From: Rhynchopus sp. YZ270_cl-10
Taxonomy: Eukaryota
DNA: 64,000 nucleotides
Direction of reading: 5' to 3'
NCBI GenBank assembly: GCA_964035575.1
Contig: OZ037839.1
Location: 1,612,001 to 1,676,000, forward strand
Shown: piece by piece, positions 1-13,500 of the stretch
Layout of the letters: every line of letters begins with the position of its first letter
Numbering within the stretch: position 1 is the first letter of the stretch
Program-made: the position numbers and the translations under genes
Notes under the pieces: model-generated
Seen by the model: the letters and a program-made list of their open reading frames with translations, nothing else
What the model was told of the DNA's origin: nothing
The model's database searches: none

Positions 1-3000
1 CCTGTATTTTACTAGGGATTTTCCCTTAGTAAAATACAGGGGAATTATCTAACACCTCGTCCCGAGTTTTTGTCCGAGAATGCGATTACTAATTAGTTAC
101 TCCACTAATTAAATCGAGCAAAAATATGGTGAACTCAGCGGAGCCCGGTTTTAAAAGTGCCAAAAACGACCTTTTCGTTTTGACGCGTTGTGAGTTCCTC
201 AAATGCAATTTTGAAGGGTAAAAAATTCGGGTTTTCTAAGCACATGCAGTGCTAAGTTAAAAAAAATCGCGAAAAAAAAATACAAAAATTTTGTGTTGGA
301 AGCTCGGAACCCAGAAACGTCCAATGGTGAAGTTTTTTTCTGGTTTCGTTGCACCCTGTATTTTTACTTAAAAATCAAGACAAAGTGATTTTTACCTGGA
401 TTTTTGCCTGTATTTTACTAGGGATTTTCCCTTAGTAAAATACAGGGGAATTATCTAACACCTCGTCCCGAGTTTTTGTCCGAGAATGCGATTACTAATT
501 AGTTACTCCACTAATTAAATCGAGCAAAAATATGGTGAACTCAGCGGAGCCCGGTTTTAAAAGTGCCAAAAACGACCTTTTCGTTTTGACGCGTTGTGAG
601 TTCCTCAAATGCAATTTTGAAGGGTAAAAAATTCGGGTTTTCTAAGCACATGCAGTGCTAAGTTAAAAAAAATCGCGAAAAAAAAATACAAAAATTTTGT
701 GTTGGAAGCTCGGAACCCAGAAACGTCCAATGGTGAAGTTTTTTTCTGGTTTCGTTGCACCCTGTATTTTTACTTAAAAATCAAGACAAAGTGATTTTTA
801 CCTGGATTTTTGCCTGTATTTTACTAGGGATTTTCCCTTAGTAAAATACAGGGGAATTATCTAACACCTCGTCCCGAGTTTTTGTCCGAGAATGCGATTA
901 CTAATTAGTTACTCCACTAATTAAATCGAGCAAAAATATGGTGAACTCAGCGGAGCCCGGTTTTAAAAGTGCCAAAAACGACCTTTTCGTTTTGACGCGT
1001 TGTGAGTTCCTCAAATGCAATTTTGAAGGGTAAAAAATTCGGGTTTTCTAAGCACATGCAGTGCTAAGTTAAAAAAAATCGCGAAAAAAAAATACAAAAA
1101 TTTTGTGTTGGAAGCTCGGAACCCAGAAACGTCCAATGGTGAAGTTTTTTTCTGGTTTCGTTGCACCCTGTATTTTTACTTAAAAATCAAGACAAAGTGA
1201 TTTTTACCTGGATTTTTGCCTGTATTTTACTAGGGATTTTCCCTTAGTAAAATACAGGGGAATTATCTAACACCTCGTCCCGAGTTTTTGTCCGAGAATG
1301 CGATTACTAATTAGTTACTCCACTAATTAAATCGAGCAAAAATATGGTGAACTCAGCGGAGCCCGGTTTTAAAAGTGCCAAAAACGACCTTTTCGTTTTG
1401 ACGCGTTGTGAGTTCCTCAAATGCAATTTTGAAGGGTAAAAAATTCGGGTTTTCTAAGCACATGCAGTGCTAAGTTAAAAAAAATCGCGAAAAAAAAATA
1501 CAAAAATTTTGTGTTGGAAGCTCGGAACCCAGAAACGTCCAATGGTGAAGTTTTTTTCTGGTTTCGTTGCACCCTGTATTTTTACTTAAAAATCAAGACA
1601 AAGTGATTTTTACCTGGATTTTTGCCTGTATTTTACTAGGGATTTTCCCTTAGTAAAATACAGGGGAATTATCTAACACCTCGTCCCGAGTTTTTGTCCG
1701 AGAATGCGATTACTAATTAGTTACTCCACTAATTAAATCGAGCAAAAATATGGTGAACTCAGCGGAGCCCGGTTTTAAAAGTGCCAAAAACGACCTTTTC
1801 GTTTTGACGCGTTGTGAGTTCCTCAAATGCAATTTTGAAGGGTAAAAAATTCGGGTTTTCTAAGCACATGCAGTGCTAAGTTAAAAAAAATCGCGAAAAA
1901 AAAATACAAAAATTTTGTGTTGGAAGCTCGGAACCCAGAAACGTCCAATGGTGAAGTTTTTTTCTGGTTTCGTTGCACCCTGTATTTTTACTTAAAAATC
2001 AAGACAAAGTGATTTTTACCTGGATTTTTGCCTGTATTTTACTAGGGATTTTCCCTTAGTAAAATACAGGGGAATTATCTAACACCTCGTCCCGAGTTTT
2101 TGTCCGAGAATGCGATTACTAATTAGTTACTCCACTAATTAAATCGAGCAAAAATATGGTGAACTCAGCGGAGCCCGGTTTTAAAAGTGCCAAAAACGAC
2201 CTTTTCGTTTTGACGCGTTGTGAGTTCCTCAAATGCAATTTTGAAGGGTAAAAAATTCGGGTTTTCTAAGCACATGCAGTGCTAAGTTAAAAAAAATCGC
2301 GAAAAAAAAATACAAAAATTTTGTGTTGGAAGCTCGGAACCCAGAAACGTCCAATGGTGAAGTTTTTTTCTGGTTTCGTTGCACCCTGTATTTTTACTTA
2401 AAAATCAAGACAAAGTGATTTTTACCTGGATTTTTGCCTGTATTTTACTAGGGATTTTCCCTTAGTAAAATACAGGGGAATTATCTAACACCTCGTCCCG
2501 AGTTTTTGTCCGAGAATGCGATTACTAATTAGTTACTCCACTAATTAAATCGAGCAAAAATATGGTGAACTCAGCGGAGCCCGGTTTTAAAAGTGCCAAA
2601 AACGACCTTTTCGTTTTGACGCGTTGTGAGTTCCTCAAATGCAATTTTGAAGGGTAAAAAATTCGGGTTTTCTAAGCACATGCAGTGCTAAGTTAAAAAA
2701 AATCGCGAAAAAAAAATACAAAAATTTTGTGTTGGAAGCTCGGAACCCAGAAACGTCCAATGGTGAAGTTTTTTTCTGGTTTCGTTGCACCCTGTATTTT
2801 TACTTAAAAATCAAGACAAAGTGATTTTTACCTGGATTTTTGCCTGTATTTTACTAGGGATTTTCCCTTAGTAAAATACAGGGGAATTATCTAACACCTC
2901 GTCCCGAGTTTTTGTCCGAGAATGCGATTACTAATTAGTTACTCCACTAATTAAATCGAGCAAAAATATGGTGAACTCAGCGGAGCCCGGTTTTAAAAGT

Positions 3001-6000
3001 GCCAAAAACGACCTTTTCGTTTTGACGCGTTGTGAGTTCCTCAAATGCAATTTTGAAGGGTAAAAAATTCGGGTTTTCTAAGCACATGCAGTGCTAAGTT
3101 AAAAAAAATCGCGAAAAAAAAATACAAAAATTTTGTGTTGGAAGCTCGGAACCCAGAAACGTCCAATGGTGAAGTTTTTTTCTGGTTTCGTTGCACCCTG
3201 TATTTTTACTTAAAAATCAAGACAAAGTGATTTTTACCTGGATTTTTGCCTGTATTTTACTAGGGATTTTCCCTTAGTAAAATACAGGGGAATTATCTAA
3301 CACCTCGTCCCGAGTTTTTGTCCGAGAATGCGATTACTAATTAGTTACTCCACTAATTAAATCGAGCAAAAATATGGTGAACTCAGCGGAGCCCGGTTTT
3401 AAAAGTGCCAAAAACGACCTTTTCGTTTTGACGCGTTGTGAGTTCCTCAAATGCAATTTTGAAGGGTAAAAAATTCGGGTTTTCTAAGCACATGCAGTGC
3501 TAAGTTAAAAAAAATCGCGAAAAAAAAATACAAAAATTTTGTGTTGGAAGCTCGGAACCCAGAAACGTCCAATGGTGAAGTTTTTTTCTGGTTTCGTTGC
3601 ACCCTGTATTTTTACTTAAAAATCAAGACAAAGTGATTTTTACCTGGATTTTTGCCTGTATTTTACTAGGGATTTTCCCTTAGTAAAATACAGGGGAATT
3701 ATCTAACACCTCGTCCCGAGTTTTTGTCCGAGAATGCGATTACTAATTAGTTACTCCACTAATTAAATCGAGCAAAAATATGGTGAACTCAGCGGAGCCC
3801 GGTTTTAAAAGTGCCAAAAACGACCTTTTCGTTTTGACGCGTTGTGAGTTCCTCAAATGCAATTTTGAAGGGTAAAAAATTCGGGTTTTCTAAGCACATG
3901 CAGTGCTAAGTTAAAAAAAATCGCGAAAAAAAAATACAAAAATTTTGTGTTGGAAGCTCGGAACCCAGAAACGTCCAATGGTGAAGTTTTTTTCTGGTTT
4001 CGTTGCACCCTGTATTTTTACTTAAAAATCAAGACAAAGTGATTTTTACCTGGATTTTTGCCTGTATTTTACTAGGGATTTTCCCTTAGTAAAATACAGG
4101 GGAATTATCTAACACCTCGTCCCGAGTTTTTGTCCGAGAATGCGATTACTAATTAGTTACTCCACTAATTAAATCGAGCAAAAATATGGTGAACTCAGCG
4201 GAGCCCGGTTTTAAAAGTGCCAAAAACGACCTTTTCGTTTTGACGCGTTGTGAGTTCCTCAAATGCAATTTTGAAGGGTAAAAAATTCGGGTTTTCTAAG
4301 CACATGCAGTGCTAAGTTAAAAAAAATCGCGAAAAAAAAATACAAAAATTTTGTGTTGGAAGCTCGGAACCCAGAAACGTCCAATGGTGAAGTTTTTTTC
4401 TGGTTTCGTTGCACCCTGTATTTTTACTTAAAAATCAAGACAAAGTGATTTTTACCTGGATTTTTGCCTGTATTTTACTAGGGATTTTCCCTTAGTAAAA
4501 TACAGGGGAATTATCTAACACCTCGTCCCGAGTTTTTGTCCGAGAATGCGATTACTAATTAGTTACTCCACTAATTAAATCGAGCAAAAATATGGTGAAC
4601 TCAGCGGAGCCCGGTTTTAAAAGTGCCAAAAACGACCTTTTCGTTTTGACGCGTTGTGAGTTCCTCAAATGCAATTTTGAAGGGTAAAAAATTCGGGTTT
4701 TCTAAGCACATGCAGTGCTAAGTTAAAAAAAATCGCGAAAAAAAAATACAAAAATTTTGTGTTGGAAGCTCGGAACCCAGAAACGTCCAATGGTGAAGTT
4801 TTTTTCTGGTTTCGTTGCACCCTGTATTTTTACTTAAAAATCAAGACAAAGTGATTTTTACCTGGATTTTTGCCTGTATTTTACTAGGGATTTTCCCTTA
4901 GTAAAATACAGGGGAATTATCTAACACCTCGTCCCGAGTTTTTGTCCGAGAATGCGATTACTAATTAGTTACTCCACTAATTAAATCGAGCAAAAATATG
5001 GTGAACTCAGCGGAGCCCGGTTTTAAAAGTGCCAAAAACGACCTTTTCGTTTTGACGCGTTGTGAGTTCCTCAAATGCAATTTTGAAGGGTAAAAAATTC
5101 GGGTTTTCTAAGCACATGCAGTGCTAAGTTAAAAAAAATCGCGAAAAAAAAATACAAAAATTTTGTGTTGGAAGCTCGGAACCCAGAAACGTCCAATGGT
5201 GAAGTTTTTTTCTGGTTTCGTTGCACCCTGTATTTTTACTTAAAAATCAAGACAAAGTGATTTTTACCTGGATTTTTGCCTGTATTTTACTAGGGATTTT
5301 CCCTTAGTAAAATACAGGGGAATTATCTAACACCTCGTCCCGAGTTTTTGTCCGAGAATGCGATTACTAATTAGTTACTCCACTAATTAAATCGAGCAAA
5401 AATATGGTGAACTCAGCGGAGCCCGGTTTTAAAAGTGCCAAAAACGACCTTTTCGTTTTGACGCGTTGTGAGTTCCTCAAATGCAATTTTGAAGGGTAAA
5501 AAATTCGGGTTTTCTAAGCACATGCAGTGCTAAGTTAAAAAAAATCGCGAAAAAAAAATACAAAAATTTTGTGTTGGAAGCTCGGAACCCAGAAACGTCC
5601 AATGGTGAAGTTTTTTTCTGGTTTCGTTGCACCCTGTATTTTTACTTAAAAATCAAGACAAAGTGATTTTTACCTGGATTTTTGCCTGTATTTTACTAGG
5701 GATTTTCCCTTAGTAAAATACAGGGGAATTATCTAACACCTCGTCCCGAGTTTTTGTCCGAGAATGCGATTACTAATTAGTTACTCCACTAATTAAATCG
5801 AGCAAAAATATGGTGAACTCAGCGGAGCCCGGTTTTAAAAGTGCCAAAAACGACCTTTTCGTTTTGACGCGTTGTGAGTTCCTCAAATGCAATTTTGAAG
5901 GGTAAAAAATTCGGGTTTTCTAAGCACATGCAGTGCTAAGTTAAAAAAAATCGCGAAAAAAAAATACAAAAATTTTGTGTTGGAAGCTCGGAACCCAGAA

Positions 6001-9000
6001 ACGTCCAATGGTGAAGTTTTTTTCTGGTTTCGTTGCACCCTGTATTTTTACTTAAAAATCAAGACAAAGTGATTTTTACCTGGATTTTTGCCTGTATTTT
6101 ACTAGGGATTTTCCCTTAGTAAAATACAGGGGAATTATCTAACACCTCGTCCCGAGTTTTTGTCCGAGAATGCGATTACTAATTAGTTACTCCACTAATT
6201 AAATCGAGCAAAAATATGGTGAACTCAGCGGAGCCCGGTTTTAAAAGTGCCAAAAACGACCTTTTCGTTTTGACGCGTTGTGAGTTCCTCAAATGCAATT
6301 TTGAAGGGTAAAAAATTCGGGTTTTCTAAGCACATGCAGTGCTAAGTTAAAAAAAATCGCGAAAAAAAAATACAAAAATTTTGTGTTGGAAGCTCGGAAC
6401 CCAGAAACGTCCAATGGTGAAGTTTTTTTCTGGTTTCGTTGCACCCTGTATTTTTACTTAAAAATCAAGACAAAGTGATTTTTACCTGGATTTTTGCCTG
6501 TATTTTACTAGGGATTTTCCCTTAGTAAAATACAGGGGAATTATCTAACACCTCGTCCCGAGTTTTTGTCCGAGAATGCGATTACTAATTAGTTACTCCA
6601 CTAATTAAATCGAGCAAAAATATGGTGAACTCAGCGGAGCCCGGTTTTAAAAGTGCCAAAAACGACCTTTTCGTTTTGACGCGTTGTGAGTTCCTCAAAT
6701 GCAATTTTGAAGGGTAAAAAATTCGGGTTTTCTAAGCACATGCAGTGCTAAGTTAAAAAAAAATCGCGAAAAAAAAATACAAAAATTTTGTGTTGGAAGC
6801 TCGGAACCCAGAAACGTCCAATGGTGAAGTTTTTTTCTGGTTTCGTTGCACCCTGTATTTTTACTTAAAAATCAAGACAAAGTGATTTTTACCTGGATTT
6901 TTGCCTGTATTTTACTAGGGATTTTCCCTTAGTAAAATACAGGGGAATTATCTAACACCTCGTCCCGAGTTTTTGTCCGAGAATGCGATTACTAATTAGT
7001 TACTCCACTAATTAAATCGAGCAAAAATATGGTGAACTCAGCGGAGCCCGGTTTTAAAAGTGCCAAAAACGACCTTTTCGTTTTGACGCGTTGTGAGTTC
7101 CTCAAATGCAATTTTGAAGGGTAAAAAATTCGGGTTTTCTAAGCACATGCAGTGCTAAGTTAAAAAAAATCGCGAAAAAAAAATACAAAAATTTTGTGTT
7201 GGAAGCTCGGAACCCAGAAACGTCCAATGGTGAAGTTTTTTTCTGGTTTCGTTGCACCCTGTATTTTTACTTAAAAATCAAGACAAAGTGATTTTTACCT
7301 GGATTTTTGCCTGTATTTTACTAGGGATTTTCCCTTAGTAAAATACAGGGGAATTATCTAACACCTCGTCCCGAGTTTTTGTCCGAGAATGCGATTACTA
7401 ATTAGTTACTCCACTAATTAAATCGAGCAAAAATATGGTGAACTCAGCGGAGCCCGGTTTTAAAAGTGCCAAAAACGACCTTTTCGTTTTGACGCGTTGT
7501 GAGTTCCTCAAATGCAATTTTGAAGGGTAAAAAATTCGGGTTTTCTAAGCACATGCAGTGCTAAGTTAAAAAAAATCGCGAAAAAAAAATACAAAAATTT
7601 TGTGTTGGAAGCTCGGAACCAGAAACGTCCAATGGTGAAGTTTTTTTCTGGTTTCGTTGCACCCTGTATTTTTACTTAAAAATCAAGACAAAGTGATTTT
7701 TACCTGGATTTTTGCCTGTATTTTACTAGGGATTTTCCCTTAGTAAAATACAGGGGAATTATCTAACACCTCGTCCCGAGTTTTTGTCCGAGAATGCGAT
7801 TACTAATTAGTTACTCCACTAATTAAATCGAGCAAAAATATGGTGAACTCAGCGGAGCCCGGTTTTAAAAGTGCCAAAAACGACCTTTTCGTTTTGACGC
7901 GTTGTGAGTTCCTCAAATGCAATTTTGAAGGGTAAAAAATTCGGGTTTTCTAAGCACATGCAGTGCTAAGTTAAAAAAAATCGCGAAAAAAAAATACAAA
8001 AATTTTGTGTTGGAAGCTCGGAACCCAGAAACGTCCAATGGTGAAGTTTTTTTCTGGTTTCGTTGCACCCTGTATTTTTACTTAAAAATCAAGACAAAGT
8101 GATTTTTACCTGGATTTTTGCCTGTATTTTACTAGGGATTTTCCCTTAGTAAAATACAGGGGAATTATCTAACACCTCGTCCCGAGTTTTTGTCCGAGAA
8201 TGCGATTACTAATTAGTTACTCCACTAATTAAATCGAGCAAAAATATGGTGAACTCAGCGGAGCCCGGTTTTAAAAGTGCCAAAAACGACCTTTTCGTTT
8301 TGACGCGTTGTGAGTTCCTCAAATGCAATTTTGAAGGGTAAAAAATTCGGGTTTTCTAAGCACATGCAGTGCTAAGTTAAAAAAAATCGCGAAAAAAAAA
8401 TACAAAAATTTTGTGTTGGAAGCTCGGAACCCAGAAACGTCCAATGGTGAAGTTTTTTTCTGGTTTCGTTGCACCCTGTATTTTTACTTAAAAATCAAGA
8501 CAAAGTGATTTTTACCTGGATTTTTGCCTGTATTTTACTAGGGATTTTCCCTTAGTAAAATACAGGGGAATTATCTAACACCTCGTCCCGAGTTTTTGTC
8601 CGAGAATGCGATTACTAATTAGTTACTCCACTAATTAAATCGAGCAAAAATATGGTGAACTCAGCGGAGCCCGGTTTTAAAAGTGCCAAAAACGACCTTT
8701 TCGTTTTGACGCGTTGTGAGTTCCTCAAATGCAATTTTGAAGGGTAAAAAATTCGGGTTTTCTAAGCACATGCAGTGCTAAGTTAAAAAAAATCGCGAAA
8801 AAAAAATACAAAAATTTTGTGTTGGAAGCTCGGAACCCAGAAACGTCCAATGGTGAAGTTTTTTTCTGGTTTCGTTGCACCCTGTATTTTTACTTAAAAA
8901 TCAAGACAAAGTGATTTTTACCTGGATTTTTGCCTGTATTTTACTAGGGATTTTCCCTTAGTAAAATACAGGGGAATTATCTAACACCTCGTCCCGAGTT

Positions 9001-10457
9001 TTTGTCCGAGAATGCGATTACTAATTAGTTACTCCACTAATTAAATCGAGCAAAAATATGGTGAACTCAGCGGAGCCCGGTTTTAAAAGTGCCAAAAACG
9101 ACCTTTTCGTTTTGACGCGTTGTGAGTTCCTCAAATGCAATTTTGAAGGGTAAAAAATTCGGGTTTTCTAAGCACATGCAGTGCTAAGTTAAAAAAAATC
9201 GCGAAAAAAAAATACAAAAATTTTGTGTTGGAAGCTCGGAACCCAGAAACGTCCAATGGTGAAGTTTTTTTCTGGTTTCGTTGCACCCTGTATTTTTACT
9301 TAAAAATCAAGACAAAGTGATTTTTACCTGGATTTTTGCCTGTATTTTACTAGGGATTTTCCCTTAGTAAAATACAGGGGAATTATCTAACACCTCGTCC
9401 CGAGTTTTTGTCCGAGAATGCGATTACTAATTAGTTACTCCACTAATTAAATCGAGCAAAAATATGGTGAACTCAGCGGAGCCCGGTTTTAAAAGTGCCA
9501 AAAACGACCTTTTCGTTTTGACGCGTTGTGAGTTCCTCAAATGCAATTTTGAAGGGTAAAAAATTCGGGTTTTCTAAGCACATGCAGTGCTAAGTTAAAA
9601 AAAATCGCGAAAAAAAAATACAAAAATTTTGTGTTGGAAGCTCGGAACCCAGAAACGTCCAATGGTGAAGTTTTTTTCTGGTTTCGTTGCACCCTGTATT
9701 TTTACTTAAAAATCAAGACAAAGTGATTTTTACCTGGATTTTTGCCTGTATTTTACTAGGGATTTTCCCTTAGTAAAATACAGGGGAATTATCTAACACC
9801 TCGTCCCGAGTTTTTGTCCGAGAATGCGATTACTAATTAGTTACTCCACTAATTAAATCGAGCAAAAATATGGTGAACTCAGCGGAGCCCGGTTTTAAAA
9901 GTGCCAAAAACGACCTTTTCGTTTTGACGCGTTGTGAGTTCCTCAAATGCAATTTTGAAGGGTAAAAAATTCGGGTTTTCTAAGCACATGCAGTGCTAAG
10001 TTAAAAAAAATCGCGAAAAAAAAATACAAAAATTTTGTGTTGGAAGCTCGGAACCCAGAAACGTCCAATGGTGAAGTTTTTTTCTGGTTTCGTTGCACCC
10101 TGTATTTTTACTTAAAAATCAAGACAAAGTGATTTTTACCTGGATTTTTGCCTGTATTTTACTAGGGATTTTCCCTTAGTAAAATACAGGGGAATTATCT
10201 AACACCTCGTCCCGAGTTTTTGTCCGAGAATGCGATTACTAATTAGTTACTCCACTANNNNNNNNNNNNNNNNNNNNNNNNNNNNNNNNNNNNNNNNNNN
10301 NNNNNNNNNNNNNNNNNNNNNNNNNNNNNNNNNNNNNNNNNNNNNNNNNNNNNNNNNNNNNNNNNNNNNNNNNNNNNNNNNNNNNNNNNNNNNNNNNNNN
10401 NNNNNNNNNNNNNNNNNNNNNNNNNNNNNNNNNNNNNNNNNNNNNNNNNNNNNNNNN

Positions 10458-10512
<55 letters not shown>

Positions 10513-13500
10513 AGACAAAGTGATTTTTACCTGGATTTTTGCCTGTATTTTACTAGGGATTTTCCCTTAGTAAAATACAGGGGAATTATCTAACACCTCG
10601 TCCCGAGTTTTTGTCCGAGAATGCGATTACTAATTAGTTACTCCACTAATTAAATCGAGCAAAAATATGGTGAACTCAGCGGAGCCCGGTTTTAAAAGTG
10701 CCAAAAACGACCTTTTCGTTTTGACGCGTTGTGAGTTCCTCAAATGCAATTTTGAAGGGTAAAAAATCGGGTTTTCTAAGCACATGCAGTGCTAAGTTAA
10801 AAAAATCGCGAAAAAAAAATACAAAAATTTTGTGTTGGAAGCTCGGAACCCAGAAACGTCCAATGGTGAAGTTTTTTTCTGGTTTCGTTGCCACCCTGTA
10901 TTTTAACTTAAAAATCAAGACAAAGTGATTTTTACCTGGATTTTTGCCTGTATTTTACTAGGGATTTTCCCTTAGTAAAATACAGGGGAATTATCTAACA
11001 CCTCGTCCCGAGTTTTTGTCCGAGAATGCGATTACTAATTAGTTACTCCACTAATTAAATCGAGCAAAATATGGTGAACTCAGCGGAGCCCGGTTTAAAA
11101 GTGCCAAAAACGACCTTTTCGTTTTGACGCGTTGTGAGTTCCTCAAATGCAATTTTGAAGGGTAAAAAATTCGGGTTTCTAAGCACATGCAGTGCCTAAG
11201 TTAAAAAAAATCGCGAAAAAAAAATACAAAAATTTTGTGTTGGAAGCTCGGAACCCAGAAACGTCCAATGGTGAAGTTTTTTTCTGGTTTCGTTGCACCC
11301 TGTATTTTTACTTAAAAATCAAGACAAAGTGATTTTTACCTGGATTTTTGCCTGTATTTTACTAGGGATTTTCCCTTAGTAAAATACAGGGGAATTATCT
11401 AACACCTCGTCCCGAGTTTTTGTCCGAGAATGCGATTACTAATTAGTTACTCCACTAATTAAATCGAGCAAAAATATGGTGAACTCAGCGGAGCCCGGTT
11501 TTAAAAGTGCCAAAAACGACCTTTTCGTTTTGACGCGTTGTGAGTTCCTCAAATGCAATTTTGAAGGGTAAAAAATTCGGGTTTTCTAAGCACATGCAGT
11601 GCTAAGTTAAAAAAAATCGCGAAAAAAAAATACAAAAATTTTGTGTTGGAAGCTCGGAACCCAGAAACGTCCAATGGTGAAGTTTTTTTCTGGTTTCGTT
11701 TGCACCCTGTATTTTTACTTAAAAATCAAGACAAAGTGATTTTTACCTGGATTTTTGCCTGTATTTTACTAGGGATTTTCCCTTAGTAAAATACAGGGGA
11801 ATTATCTAACACCTCGTCCCGAGTTTTTGTCCGAGAATGCGATTACTAATTAGTTACTCCACTAATTAAATCGAGCAAAAATATGGTGAACTCAGCGGAG
11901 CCCGGTTTTAAAAGTGCCAAAAACGACCTTTTCGTTTTGACGCGTTGTGAGTTCCTCAAATGCAATTTTGAAGGGTAAAAAATTCGGGTTTTCTAAGCAC
12001 ATGCAGTGCTAAGTTAAAAAAAAATCGCGAAAAAAAAATACAAAATTTTTGTGTTGGAAGCTCGGAACCCAGAAACGTCCAATGGTGAAGTTTTTTTCTG
12101 GTTTCGTTGCACCCTGTATTTTTACTTAAAAATCAAGACAAAGTGATTTTTACCTGGATTTTTGCCTGTATTTTACTAGGGATTTTCCTTAGTAAAATAC
12201 AGGGGAATTATCTAACACCTCGTCCCGAGTTTTTGTCCGAGAATGCGATTACTAATTAGTTACTCCACTAATTAAATCGAGCAAAAATATGGTGAACTCA
12301 GCGGAGCCCGGTTTTAAAAGTGCCAAAAACGACCTTTTCGTTTTGACGCGTTGTGAGTTCCTCAAATGCAATTTTGAAGGGTAAAAAATTCGGGTTTTCT
12401 AAGCACATGCAGTGCTAAGTTAAAAAAAATCGCGAAAAAAAAATACAAAAATTTTGTGTTGGAAGCTCGGAACCCAGAAACGTCCAATGGTGAAGTTTTT
12501 TTCTGGTTTCGTTGCACCCTGTATTTTTACTTAAAAATCAAGACAAAGTGATTTTTACCTGGATTTTTGCCTGTATTTTACTAGGGATTTTCCCTTAGTA
12601 AAATACAGGGGAATTATCTAACACCTCGTCCCGAGTTTTTGTCCGAGAATGCGATTACTAATTAGTTACTCCACTAATTAAATCGAGCAAAAATATGGTG
12701 AACTCAGCGGAGCCCGGTTTTAAAAGTGCCAAAAACGACCTTTTCGTTTTGACGCGTTGTGAGTTCCTCAAATGCAATTTTGAAGGGTAAAAATTCGGGT
12801 TTTCTAAGCACATGCAGTGCTAAGTTAAAAAAAATCGCGAAAAAAAAATACAAAAATTTTGTGTTGGAAGCTCGGAACCCAGAAACGTCCAATGGTGAAG
12901 TTTTTTTCTGGTTTCGTTGCACCCTGTATTTTTACTTAAAAATCAAGACAAAGTGATTTTTACCTGATTTTTGCCTGTATTTTACTAGGGATTTTCCCTT
13001 AGTAAAATACAGGGGAATTATCTAACACCTCGTCCCGAGTTTTTGTCCGAGAATGCGATTACTAATTAGTTACTCCACTAATTAAATCGAGCAAAAATAT
13101 GGTGAACTCAGCGGAGCCCGGTTTTAAAAGTGCCAAAAACGACCTTTTCGTTTTGACGCGTTGTGAGTTCCTCAAATGCAATTTTGAAGGGTAAAAAATT
13201 CGGGTTTTCTAAGCACATGCAGTGCTAAGTTAAAAAAAATCGCGAAAAAAAAATACAAAAATTTTGTGTTGGAAGCTCGGAACCCAGAAACGTCCAATGT
13301 GAAGTTTTTTTCTGTTTCGTTGCACCCTGTATTTTTACTTAAAAATCAAGACAAAGTGATTTTTACCTGGATTTTTGCCTGTATTTTACTAGGGATTTTC
13401 CCTTAGTAAAATACAGGGGAATTATCTAACACCTCGTCCCGAGTTTTTGTCCGAGAATGCGATTACTAATTAGTTACTCCACTAATTAAATCGAGCAAAA

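Noticed and set aside
10230..12956. Short ORFs in the satellite and the poly-K/poly-F ORFs across the gap
   Set aside because: They arise only from Ns, a poly(A) artefact and homopolymer indels in noisy units.
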